Shown: in pieces, positions 31,092-39,987 of the stretch | Layout of the letters: the number at the start of each line of letters is the position of its first letter | Numbering within the stretch: position 1 is the stretch's first letter | Source: Candidatus Parvarchaeota archaeon | Lineage (GTDB): Archaea; Nanobdellota; Nanobdellia; JAFCGN01 | Length of the DNA: 54,465 nt | Direction of reading: 5' to 3' | Assembly (NCBI GenBank): GCA_017608045.1 | Contig: JAFCGN010000003.1 | Coordinates: 1-54,465, forward strand | Notes under the pieces: generated by a model | Seen by the model: only the letters and a program-made list of their open reading frames with translations | Told to the model about the DNA's origin: nothing | Databases searched by the model: none | Position numbers and translations under genes: made by a program

Positions 31092-32277
31092 CATCAGTGC
31101 AAATAATTTTTCCATTTTTCATGAATTCTTTCTCATCAACATAAACATTTGGGTTTAATAAAACAAGATCCCAATGTATTGTTGCTTTATTCTTTCCTCC
31201 ATACCCTCTATTCTCTCCAATAGCAATATGAATGCTCTTCATTACTTTTTCATCAATTAATGTGTATCCTATTGGCTTAGCAAAAGGATTTAATCCTATT
31301 CCCCATTCAGCAATAAACTCTTTATCTCCATGAGCATTTTCAATTGCTCGTTCAAAAACTTCCTTTCCTTTTTCAGCATTAATATTAATAATCCTACCGT
31401 TTTCAAATGTTAATTCAAGATTTTTTATTTCTTTTCCTTTATAATATGTTGGACAATTAAAAATAATTTTTCCATTTGCACTGTCTTCTATTGGTGCAAC
31501 GAAAACCTCGCCACTTGGAAGGTTTAATCCAGTATCTCCTTCTTTAACATTCTCTTCACTTATTGTTCCATCATCAACATTTATTCTTCTATTTTCAATA
31601 CTGAATGTTAAATCAGTTCCATTTGAGTGTGTAATTCTTACCTTCTTCTTGCCTATTAAAAAATTTTTTATTTTTTTGCATGTTTTTTCAAGTTGCTTAT
31701 AATCTATGTTCAACATTTTAAGATACATGTTTTTTAATTCATCATAAGGAATATTGTATGCTTCCGCCATTTTTTTAGTTGGGTATCCAAGATAAAGCCA
31801 TTTAATGCCTCTTTCTACAATCTTATCCCATATTGGTTCGTTTGCTTTTCTTCTTGCACCAATTTTTGATTCACTCACATCTTTCAACAAGAAAGGATTT
31901 TCATAAGGCTCGATTGCAATTCTAACATCAAGTTCATTAAACAACCCTAATAAGTGTTTATGCACTTTTTCTAAATTTTTTTCACGTACTTCTGAAAAAA
32001 TTCTTTTAGTATAATCATCGCTTGTTGCACTGATTAAAGGCGTTGCACCAACTTTATAACAATTTATTGCAATTTCTTCAGCAAAATCAATATTATGCAA
32101 GCCACTCACAATTAAAACAGAATCATTTTCATTTATTTTTAAACATTCTTTAACTATTTTTTCAGATATTTCAGCTAAAAATTTTTTCATACTAAAATTA
32201 AAAACTTCTCTTCTAATATATTTTTTTTGGATTTTATTGCTCAATCTTATAATGTTTTCTTGCTTTGCCAGGATCAA
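31081..32277 (-). CDS. Aminopeptidase, M29 (thermophilic metalloprotease) family; likely start 32190
   Basis: 'NLPSGEVFVAP', 'IDEK...HIAIG' and 'IHWDLV'. Confidence 0.9.
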   Translation of the reverse strand: MILAKQENIIRLSNKIQKKYIRREVFNFSMKKFLAEISEKIVKECLKINENDSVLIVSGLHNIDFAEEIAINCYKVGATPLISATSDDYTKRIFSEVREKNLEKVHKHLLGLFNELDVRIAIEPYENPFLLKDVSESKIGARRKANEPIWDKIVERGIKWLYLGYPTKKMAEAYNIPYDELKNMYLKMLNIDYKQLEKTCKKIKNFLIGKKKVRITHSNGTDLTFSIENRRINVDDGTISEENVKEGDTGLNLPSGEVFVAPIEDSANGKIIFNCPTYYKGKEIKNLELTFENGRIININAEKGKEVFERAIENAHGDKEFIAEWGIGLNPFAKPIGYTLIDEKVMKSIHIAIGENRGYGGKNKATIHWDLVLLNPNVYVDEKEFMKNGKIICTDVKF

Positions 32278-32530
32278 TTAATTCCAAGTTCGCTAAAGCA
32301 TCTAATAATCCAAAAATATAAACACAAAGTTCAAATGCTTCAAAATATTTTTTATTTTTCAAAAAATATTCAGCGTCTTCCTTATAACTCATTACTAATT
32401 CCATCACTCTTCCCGCTCTTTTATTCAAAACTTTGAGTTCTCTTATTGCAAAATCCACTCTATTAAATTCTTTTTCAGCCTCTTCTTTCAGAAATTCTTC
32501 ATCACTCTTTTTTAATTTCATTTTTAACAA
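32234..32530 (-). CDS. DUF357 family protein; likely start 32521
   Basis: 'SYKEDAEYFL...YIFGLLDA'. Confidence 0.8.
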   Translation of the reverse strand: MLKMKLKKSDEEFLKEEAEKEFNRVDFAIRELKVLNKRAGRVMELVMSYKEDAEYFLKNKKYFEAFELCVYIFGLLDALANLELIDPGKARKHYKIEQ

Positions 32531-33500
32531 CCTCTTTTATTTTTTCAATTAAAATACATGTTTTGCAAATTTCCCCGCTTGTTGGTTCCCCACAAATTTT
32601 GCATTCTTTTAATTCACTGCTTTTTATTTTATGATTTCTTAGTTTTTTACTTAAAATTGCGTCAAACCAATTTAATATGTTTAATTTAAAATCATATCTC
32701 CTACTTTTCCAAACATACTTGTTTAATGCATTCCTCAATCTATTTCTGTAAGCATCACTTATATTTGGACAACTTCCTTCTATTGTTTTAAAATTATTAA
32801 CTAAAAAATACGCCATACTCTCCTTTTCACTTACTAAACGATAAGGTTTTATTCTTGGTATAAACCCTTTTGGAAAATCTTTTGGTTTAATCCCATTATT
32901 AAATTTGTAATACCCTGTTATTGCACTGCAACGCATTAACTTTTCAAAATCATTTTGAAAAATATTCATAAATATGCTTTGAACCTCATCATCAAGCGTG
33001 TGCGCTGTTGCGAGCCTAACATCATCATATTTTTTATTCATTTTTTTAGCAAACTTATTTATTAACTGCCTGCGAAGCACACCACAATAACTGCATGGTT
33101 TAAGAGGAAATTTATTCATGATTCTTACAACATCATCCATACTAAACCCATATTCTTTTTTAAATTCAATCACGTAATGTTTTACACCAAATTCTTTCGC
33201 ATATTTTTTGGCAAAAAAGATTGATTCATCCCTATACCCTTTAATCCCTTCATTCACGCTCACAGCAATGATTTTGTTTTCAAAATTTTTTGAAAGAACA
33301 TGCATTAATGAAATTGAATCCTTCCCGCCTGAGAGTGCTATTAAGATTGTCGTATTTTTTGAAATCAAACCATATTTTTTAACAGCAAGCTTTACTTTTT
33401 TAGAAACATCTTCAACTAAATGTTTTTCACATAATGATATTTTTTTAGTTGGAGTACTTGCTTCAAAAACTGCTTCTTTATTGCAAAACACGCATTTCAT
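32502..33500 (-). CDS. ttuA: tRNA 2-thiouridine synthase TtuA/Ncs6 (TIGR00269-like)
   Basis: PP-loop 'SGGKDS', 'PCSYCGVLRR', 'TAHTLDDE', and N- and C-terminal Zn-finger CxxC motifs. Confidence 0.9.
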   Translation of the reverse strand: MKCVFCNKEAVFEASTPTKKISLCEKHLVEDVSKKVKLAVKKYGLISKNTTILIALSGGKDSISLMHVLSKNFENKIIAVSVNEGIKGYRDESIFFAKKYAKEFGVKHYVIEFKKEYGFSMDDVVRIMNKFPLKPCSYCGVLRRQLINKFAKKMNKKYDDVRLATAHTLDDEVQSIFMNIFQNDFEKLMRCSAITGYYKFNNGIKPKDFPKGFIPRIKPYRLVSEKESMAYFLVNNFKTIEGSCPNISDAYRNRLRNALNKYVWKSRRYDFKLNILNWFDAILSKKLRNHKIKSSELKECKICGEPTSGEICKTCILIEKIKEVVKNEIKKE

Positions 33501-33502
33501 TT

Positions 33503-33664
33503 TTAACCTCTGCTCACAAAATTAATTATTTCTATTTTATCTCCTTTTTTTATTAATTTGTCGCTTGCTACAAGTTTACCATTTATAGTTATAAGTGCGG
33601 TTTCTGGATTTATTTTATTAATTTTCATATACTCTTTAACACTCATTTGTTTTTTAATTTTCAT
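33503..33664 (-). CDS. ThiS/MoaD/TtuB-like ubiquitin-like sulfur carrier, 53 aa (absent from ORF track)
   Basis: Translates MKIKKQMSVKEYMKINKINPETALITINGKLVASDKLIKKGDKIEIINFVSRG*, with a beta-grasp pattern 'INPE...NG.....L..GD.IEII..VS.G'. It lies 2 nt upstream of the ttuA start. Confidence 0.85.
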   Translation of the reverse strand: MKIKKQMSVKEYMKINKINPETALITINGKLVASDKLIKKGDKIEIINFVSRG

Positions 33665-33713
33665 AAGCAAATTATTTAATTACAAACTTTTAATTATTAT
33701 GTTGTGAATTAAA

Positions 33714-34379
33714 ATGGCAACAAATTTAATACAACCAACAGAAGCAGCATTAACGAACTTGTGGACATCAATACAGGGATTTTTTCCTAATCTTATTGGA
33801 GCCCTATTAGTCCTTATTGTTGGAATCCCAATCTCAAATTTTATGCAAAAAGTTGTAAGCAAACTTTTAACAAAAGCAAGATTAGATGATTGGGCAAGAA
33901 AAAATGGACTTGAAAAAGCACTTTTTCACACAAGTTTAACAGACATTTTAGCAGCATTTACAAAATGGGTTTTATTGCTTATTTTCTTTACACAAGCAAG
34001 CACGACTTTAGGTTTAACAACATTGACTGACTTCTTGGTCGGATTTTTGCAAGCAATACCAAACATAATTGTTGGAGCATTAATAGTAGTGATTTCACTT
34101 ACTTTAGGCGACTTTTTTGAGAGGTCAGTTAAAAGCAAAGCATTTGCTTTTTCAGAAATTTTTGCAGCAGGAGTGTATTTTTTAACAGTATACTTTGGTA
34201 TTGTCTTAGCGCTTCCAAAATTCGGGATTACAAATGTTGAAATCTTAGTAAATGGATTTAATTACATTATTGCAGGAATAAGCGTGGGAATAGCAATTGC
34301 TTTAGGATTGGGAGTTGGTCTTGCACTGAAAGACCCAATAGCAAAATTAATTACAAAGGGTTCCAAGAAAAGAAGATAA
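33714..34379 (+). CDS. MscS TM-helix/CmpX-like membrane protein
   Basis: 'FFPNLIGALLVLIVG', 'LQAIPNIIVGA' repeats and 'AIALGLG...LKD'. Confidence 0.75.
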   Translation: MATNLIQPTEAALTNLWTSIQGFFPNLIGALLVLIVGIPISNFMQKVVSKLLTKARLDDWARKNGLEKALFHTSLTDILAAFTKWVLLLIFFTQASTTLGLTTLTDFLVGFLQAIPNIIVGALIVVISLTLGDFFERSVKSKAFAFSEIFAAGVYFLTVYFGIVLALPKFGITNVEILVNGFNYIIAGISVGIAIALGLGVGLALKDPIAKLITKGSKKRR

Positions 34380-34383
34380 ACAA

Positions 34384-35415
34384 TTAAAAAAAACTTGACA
34401 AACTTTTTTGTTTTTTATTATTTTTAAAAGCTTTTTCAATTCTTGATGCAATTCTTTCTTCACTGAATTCATATTCATCTACAAGAATTCTTTTTATTTT
34501 TTCTTCATCAAACACTTCTTGTTTAATTGTATAATTTTTTTCAACAACCGGATTTAAAAAATAGTCAAGAATCTCTCTCGCATCAATATCAAAGTTCCAA
34601 TTAACTCTTTTTAAAATATTATTCAAGTTTTTTTCTTCTCTTACTAATTTAAGTGCTTTTGCAGGACCAATCCCCTTTACGCCTCCTGGATTATAATCAG
34701 TTCCTACAAGAATTGAAGCAATTATTAATTGCTCTCTTGTAAGACCTAAATTTTTAAGCCATTCCTTGCTTGCAATTATTACAGGTTCTATTTTAATGTA
34801 AATATTTCTTCCCGGGACTTTTCTTTTTCCAACAATATTTATATTTTTTATGAGACGCTCACAACCAAAAAGCACAGAATCTATGTCTTGGCTTGCAACA
34901 GCCCATACATCCCCTTTTTGATTTATGTATGCTGCTTGTGCTTCTCCTTCTTCAGGTGCTTGTATCACGCTTATTCCCATTGCTTTAAGAAGCTCTTTTG
35001 ACTGCTTTACAATTTCTTCGTTTATGCTAACCCCTTGTTGCGCCCATTTTTTAGCAGAAACATAATCTTTTTCTTTAATTGCTTCTTGATACTCTTTTTG
35101 AGCATGTTTTCTTCTTTCAATTCTCTCTTTCAGAACTGATTTAAAAGAGGGCGGTTTTCCATCAAAAACATAGATTAATTTAATGCCTTTTTCCAACAAA
35201 TTCATATTCCTGTAAAACAACCCGCTTAAATGACTTGTAATCCTTCCTTTACTATCCATTAAAGGAGTTCCATCATATTGTCTTATCGTGCTAATAAATT
35301 GGTATATTGTGTTAAATGCATCAACACCAATACGTTTTCCTTTTAAACTGTTCAAACTTATTTCATGACCTTTAACTATTTTTTTTAAACTAACACCCAT
35401 ACATACTTTTAACAA
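34384..35415 (-). CDS. fen: Flap endonuclease 1; likely start 35400
   Basis: 'DAFNTIYQFISTIRQYDGTPLMDSKGRITSHLSG', 'EGEAQAA', 'GTDYN' and a C-terminal PIP box 'QKSLSSFF'. Confidence 0.97.
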   Translation of the reverse strand: MLKVCMGVSLKKIVKGHEISLNSLKGKRIGVDAFNTIYQFISTIRQYDGTPLMDSKGRITSHLSGLFYRNMNLLEKGIKLIYVFDGKPPSFKSVLKERIERRKHAQKEYQEAIKEKDYVSAKKWAQQGVSINEEIVKQSKELLKAMGISVIQAPEEGEAQAAYINQKGDVWAVASQDIDSVLFGCERLIKNINIVGKRKVPGRNIYIKIEPVIIASKEWLKNLGLTREQLIIASILVGTDYNPGGVKGIGPAKALKLVREEKNLNNILKRVNWNFDIDAREILDYFLNPVVEKNYTIKQEVFDEEKIKRILVDEYEFSEERIASRIEKAFKNNKKQKSLSSFF

Positions 35416-35504
35416 AATACACTATTTATTTATTGCGCGACAATTTGAATGAAAAATATTATGGGAAAACTTATTAACTTTTAAAATTTCTACTATTTAT
35501 TAAT

Positions 35505-36563
35505 ATGGGCTTGTTTGACGATACTTTAATGAGTGATGAAACATTGTTTAGAGATGACAGTGTTCTTGATTTTGATTTTATCCCACCAAAACTTCTTTAT
35601 AGGGAGGATTTAATCAACACTATTGCTTATGGAATTAAACTTTTATTCTTTAATCAAAGACCTAATAATTTTTTTGTTTTTGGCGTTCCAGGAATCGGGA
35701 AAACTGCGAGCATAAAATACATTTTAAAAGAATTAGAAGAAAAAACAGATGAGATTAAACCTCTTTACATAAATTGTTGGAGAAATGCAACAACGCATTC
35801 CATTTTTGTTGAAATTGCAAGGCAATTAAATCTTCCATTTCCAAATAAAGGCGTGAGCACAGAGACGATTATACAAACAATCTTTACAAAATTGAAAAAT
35901 AAAAAAGGCGTGGTGCTTGTTCTTGATGAGATAGATAAAAGCAATGACCAGGATTTCCTTTACGAGTTTGTGGAGAATCTTGGAAAAAAAGTATGCGTTA
36001 TTTTAATAACAAACAATAAGGAATTCATTGTGAATCTTGATGAAAGAATTACTTCAAGATTATGTCTTGAAAACCTTGAATTCCCCCCATATTCTTTTGA
36101 TGAAACAAAAGGAATTTTGAATGAAAGAATTAAATACGCGTTTAATCCTGGCGTTGTTGAAGAAGACGTGCTTGATTTAATAACAGGAAAAGCATTTGAG
36201 AAAAAAGACATAAGACTCGGACTTTTTCTTCTTTTGAAATCAGGGAAGATTGCGGAAAAAGAAGCAAGTAAGAAAATACTTAAGAATCACTATGAAAAAG
36301 CAGTTGATTTATTAGCTGAATTTAAGATTAAGATTTCAAACGAGAATTTGAATGAAACTCAAAAACAAATCTTAGACCTTATTAAGAATAAGCCAGGCAA
36401 GATTACAGGATATTATTACGCACTTTTTTTAGAAAAAGGAGGGAAACTAACTCAACGAGCATTCAGGAATCATCTTAAATTTCTTGAAAAAAATTACTTG
36501 ATAAAATTTGAAGAAACAGGAAAAGGGTTTAGAGGAAGAAGTAGGAAGATAATTCCTATTTAA
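35505..36563 (+). CDS. cdc6: Orc1/Cdc6 replication initiator
   Basis: Walker A 'GVPGIGKT', Walker B 'LVLDEID', 'YINC' and a winged-helix C-terminus. Confidence 0.92.
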   Translation: MGLFDDTLMSDETLFRDDSVLDFDFIPPKLLYREDLINTIAYGIKLLFFNQRPNNFFVFGVPGIGKTASIKYILKELEEKTDEIKPLYINCWRNATTHSIFVEIARQLNLPFPNKGVSTETIIQTIFTKLKNKKGVVLVLDEIDKSNDQDFLYEFVENLGKKVCVILITNNKEFIVNLDERITSRLCLENLEFPPYSFDETKGILNERIKYAFNPGVVEEDVLDLITGKAFEKKDIRLGLFLLLKSGKIAEKEASKKILKNHYEKAVDLLAEFKIKISNENLNETQKQILDLIKNKPGKITGYYYALFLEKGGKLTQRAFRNHLKFLEKNYLIKFEETGKGFRGRSRKIIPI

Positions 36564-37200
36564 ACTTATTTTTTAAAAGTACTTTTAAAATTCTTAATCC
36601 ATCCTTCCACGCATTTAATTTTGATTCACCTATTCTTTCAGTGTATTTGATTGGCACTTCTTTTACTTTAAGACCTTTCTTCATGCATTGTATATGAAGT
36701 TCTGTTTCAATTTCAAAACCTGTTGATTTTAATTCAAGATTATTAAAATCTTTTGTTTTAAAAACTCTTAAACCAGTAAGCAAGTCATTTGTTTTTCCAT
36801 AAAGCACGCTTGCTATAAATGAAAAGAATTTATTACCCAGTAAATGAAGAAAACTCATGCCTTTTATCTTTGTTCTTGAACCAATAACAACATCTGCTTC
36901 ATTTTTTTCTAAAATATCCAACATTTCATCAAATTTATCCGTAGGATAAGTTCCATCGCCGTCAATAAATGCAAGATATTTTGTTTTCACATGCTTTCCT
37001 GCTTCCCTCATAGCATTACCTTTTCCTTTGCTTTTTTGCAAAATCACTTTTGCTCCTGCTTTTTCAGCAATTTCAGCAGTTTTATCTTCTGATTTATCTA
37101 TTACAAGAACATCAAATTTTTTTGGAATGCTCTTAATCACTTTTTTTATTCCTTTTCCTTCATTTCTTGTTGGGATTATTACTGTTAATTTTTTCTTCAT
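36556..37200 (-). CDS. GT2, dolichol-phosphate glycosyltransferase (DPM1-like)
   Basis: 'GKGNA', 'DGDGTYP', 'VIGSR', 'GFEIETE' and 'GESKL'. Confidence 0.88.
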   Translation of the reverse strand: MKKKLTVIIPTRNEGKGIKKVIKSIPKKFDVLVIDKSEDKTAEIAEKAGAKVILQKSKGKGNAMREAGKHVKTKYLAFIDGDGTYPTDKFDEMLDILEKNEADVVIGSRTKIKGMSFLHLLGNKFFSFIASVLYGKTNDLLTGLRVFKTKDFNNLELKSTGFEIETELHIQCMKKGLKVKEVPIKYTERIGESKLNAWKDGLRILKVLLKNKFK

Positions 37201-37251
37201 GTGTTAAATAAAGAGTAAAGATATAAAAAATCTTTTTGTTTAAAATAAGAA

Positions 37252-38223
37252 GTGAAAAATAATAATTTTAAAAAAATAACAAGATTAATCTTTGGCTTAG
37301 TTTTTGCTTTTGTATTAATTTATTATGTTTTCAGAAACGTAAATTTTGGAGAAGTTTTAATCTTAATTAAAGGCATAAAGTTCGAGTTTTTAATTCCAGC
37401 AGTTTTAATTGTTTTATTCTTAATTCCTTACAGGGGTTTAAGGTGGTTTGAGTATTTAAACATAATAAAGTATAAACCAAAAAAGAGCAGTGTTATAAAA
37501 CTTTATGGTTCAGGCGTTTTCCTTAATTTAACATTATTTGCTAATGTAGGAGATTTATTCAGGCTTGTTGAATCAAAAAAATTGGGGATGAATAGAAGCA
37601 GAGTTCTTTCCACAATTTATTTTGAAAGATTATTTGATTTAATTTTAATGTTCTCACTCATGCTCTTAACATTACCATTTGCTGGCTTTTTTGATAAACA
37701 AATTCAGAATTTAATCTTAATCATAAGCGTTCTTGTCATACTCTTAGTAAGCGGTGCTTTTTTCATAATTTTTGCAGAAAAATTTGGTAAGAAAATAATC
37801 AAAATTTTATTTAACCTACCATTTATTAAAAATTATGAAAAAAAATTGGAGGACATGTATGACGAACTTGTTTTCGGGTTCAAACTTTTTTGGAATAAAA
37901 AAATATTCCTAATATTCTTAATGAGTCTTTCTTTATGGATGATGGAATCCCTTGTTTTTTATTTTGTCTGCAAGAGTTTAAGCATGAACACTACTTTTCT
38001 TTTTGCAGTTTTTATGACAATAAGTGCAAATTTATTTTTTGCAATACCTATTAGTCCTTCAGGATTAGGTCTTGTAGATTCTTATCTTCAAATTGTCCTC
38101 TCCCAACTCTTTCTTCCTGAACTCGCAACAGCAGTAATACTTGTTTACAGGTCCATGAAACTCATAGGAGAGATTGGAACAAGTTTTATGCTTTTTACCC
38201 TGAGACAATTAGAATCTCAATAA
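37252..38223 (+). CDS. Lysylphosphatidylglycerol-synthase-TM / UPF0104 flippase-like membrane protein
   Basis: 'NVGDLFR', 'ERLFD', 'PISPSGLG' and 'LVYRS'; GTG start. Confidence 0.85.
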   Translation: MKNNNFKKITRLIFGLVFAFVLIYYVFRNVNFGEVLILIKGIKFEFLIPAVLIVLFLIPYRGLRWFEYLNIIKYKPKKSSVIKLYGSGVFLNLTLFANVGDLFRLVESKKLGMNRSRVLSTIYFERLFDLILMFSLMLLTLPFAGFFDKQIQNLILIISVLVILLVSGAFFIIFAEKFGKKIIKILFNLPFIKNYEKKLEDMYDELVFGFKLFWNKKIFLIFLMSLSLWMMESLVFYFVCKSLSMNTTFLFAVFMTISANLFFAIPISPSGLGLVDSYLQIVLSQLFLPELATAVILVYRSMKLIGEIGTSFMLFTLRQLESQ

Positions 38224-38296
38224 GCTAATAATTTTTACCAAATCTAACATGATGTTATGAAAATATTTAAAAAAAGACTTTTTCATTATAAAAATT

Positions 38297-38569
38297 ATGG
38301 ACATGCCTGATTGGATTGAATTTAAAGAATACTATGGGAAAAAATGCTATTTAATTTTGAATGGATTTGGTTTTAGAAGAGATGGCGACGGTTATAAAAG
38401 AATTTCTTCTTTAGAAATGGATGCAACTCCTGTAAATGAATCCAATCAACTTTTAAATTTAGAAAACTGCATTATTCATACCCCTCCTTTTAGGGGGCAT
38501 TGTAAAAAATGTTCTATAAATAAAAATTATTTAGTTGGGATTTTTGAATTGGAAGAGGAAAAAAAATAA
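38297..38569 (+). CDS. Hypothetical 90-aa protein with possible Zn-binding C-x2-H...H-C-x2-C
   Basis: Clean ORF filling the gap; 'NCIIHTPPFRGHCKKC'. Confidence 0.5.
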   Translation: MDMPDWIEFKEYYGKKCYLILNGFGFRRDGDGYKRISSLEMDATPVNESNQLLNLENCIIHTPPFRGHCKKCSINKNYLVGIFELEEEKK

Positions 38570-38612
38570 TAAGAAATTCTTTTAAGTAATTATTTTTAGT
38601 ATATTTAATTAA

Positions 38613-38723
38613 GCGAGGGTGGCAGAAGAGCTATGCGACCGGCTGCAGAAACTGGTAAGAAGATGGCATGGCCAAATGACTTGCAGTTACCGGTTTAACC
38701 GAGTGCGACTCTCGGCCCTCGCT
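38613..38723 (+). tRNA. tRNA-Cys(GCA) with 40-nt intron at 37/38 (38649-38688)
   Basis: Acceptor GCGAGGG/CCCTCGC, anticodon stem ACCGG/CCGGT, CT-GCA-G loop, T arm CCGAG-TGCGACT-CTCGG and discriminator U. BHB: CTGC/GCAG helix with AGA and TTA bulges. CCA is not encoded. Confidence 0.95.
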
Positions 38724-38815
38724 TTTCTTCTTATTTATTAATTTTTGCAAAACGTTTCTAAAAAATGAATGATTGCACTAAAAAGAAGTTTTCATAAGAA
38801 ATATTTTTTTGAAAG

Positions 38816-38921
38816 TCAGGGGTGTCATAAGTTACCACTCATAATCATTTAGCTGAACTTCCAAGCCCGAAAGCAAGGAGTTTTCAAGCTATCATTTGGT
38901 GTTCACTTAATCATTCACCCT
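38816..38921 (-). ncRNA. Box C/D-like guide sRNA with variant boxes (C/C' AUGAUUA, D/D' AUGA)
   Basis: Terminal stem GGGUG/CACCC, two perfect kink-turns, 12- and 13-nt guides, and an internal UUCG hairpin. Confidence 0.8.
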
Positions 38922-38955
38922 CAAAGAAAAAGTTTTTGATGAGTTAAAAAGTTAT

Positions 38956-39330
38956 TTATTGATAGCTTAAAATTAATTCATCATTATTCTTTAAAGAAGT
39001 GTATAAATCATCAATATATTCTTTATTAAGAAAAACTTTCCATGAACCCCCGGTTTCATTATTTTTGCAATAATTTGCTAAACATTCAATGCCAGAAGAT
39101 GAGAAATTAATATTTTGAAAATTTGATTTTAAAAATGCGTAAATGCTTGCTTTTTCTTCAAGCACTACTTCCTCTTCTTGAGATTTAAACCCATTCACAT
39201 AAATTTTTAAAGTAATTTTAGAACTGCTTTTTTTATAAAGAAAAACACTAAACATGCTAAAAATCATTAAAGAAGCAAGAAAAACCATCATTGTTTTTTT
39301 TATTTTTTCCTCACTTATTTTTTTCTTCAT
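38956..39330 (-). CDS. Membrane-anchored DUF4430-like (beta-grasp) protein
   Basis: N-terminal TM helix; 'GIECL...GGSWKVFLN...LKNNDELILSY'. Confidence 0.65.
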   Translation of the reverse strand: MKKKISEEKIKKTMMVFLASLMIFSMFSVFLYKKSSSKITLKIYVNGFKSQEEEVVLEEKASIYAFLKSNFQNINFSSSGIECLANYCKNNETGGSWKVFLNKEYIDDLYTSLKNNDELILSYQ

Positions 39331-39425
39331 GATTTTTATATCTTATTTACATTTTTATTACTTTTTGGGTTTTCAAGAAAAACTTTCGATAGAGTTAAAA
39401 AAACTTGAACATTATATTATACTTG

Positions 39426-39914
39426 ATGAGAAAAAAACTATTATTTTTTGCAATTCCTCTTTTTTTAAACATAGCATTAGCACAATATTATTACCCTTTT
39501 CAACAATCAAGAACCTCTGAGTTAATAAATACTTTTTTAATGAACAATCAAAAACTTGTTTTAAGTCTTGTGTTTGGAATGCTTACTGCTGTTTTTGTTA
39601 ATTTTGCTCTTAGTGGAAAAGACAATCCTTGGAAGAATAATTCACAAAAACAAAATCTTGCTCTTGCTCTTGGGCTTGCTGTTTTTGCTTTCACTTATTT
39701 TTCCACACCTCAGATTCAAATGCCAGCTATTAACATGAGTATTGTAATGAGTTTTTTTATTCTATTATTAATTGGGTATATTGTTTTTAGAATTCTTAAA
39801 AGCGAGAATCTTTCATCACCTGGAATGCTTTTATTCTTAGGGATTTTGCTCATACTTTTTGCAATTCTTGTTCAATACTTGAACACTGGAAGATTTCAAT
39901 TTTCTATTGAGTAA
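39426..39914 (+). CDS. Signal-peptide-bearing multi-TM membrane protein (ORF track start 39405)
   Basis: MRKKLLFFAIPLFLNIALA-like signal peptide followed by about 4 TM helices. Confidence 0.65.
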   Translation: MRKKLLFFAIPLFLNIALAQYYYPFQQSRTSELINTFLMNNQKLVLSLVFGMLTAVFVNFALSGKDNPWKNNSQKQNLALALGLAVFAFTYFSTPQIQMPAINMSIVMSFFILLLIGYIVFRILKSENLSSPGMLLFLGILLILFAILVQYLNTGRFQFSIE

Positions 39915-39987
39915 AAATTCTTTTTTTAAATATGAGGGTCTTAACAATATTTTTAAATTGGATTGGTGTTAATATTTTTGATAGAAC

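Noticed and set aside
35401-35504. Possible replication origin between fen and cdc6
   Set aside because: Only about 100 bp; no repeated ORB (TCCAxTGGAAAC-like) boxes, just one weak TGGGAAAAC. It is explained as a divergent promoter.
38811-38817. GAAAGTC resembling the RNase P RNA CR-I motif
   Set aside because: It lacks the preceding GAG and the 3' P4 partner, and the adjacent sequence is better explained by the minus-strand C/D-like sRNA.
38613-39000. Integrated element at tRNA-Cys
   Set aside because: No integrase and no duplicated tRNA 3' end in the window.
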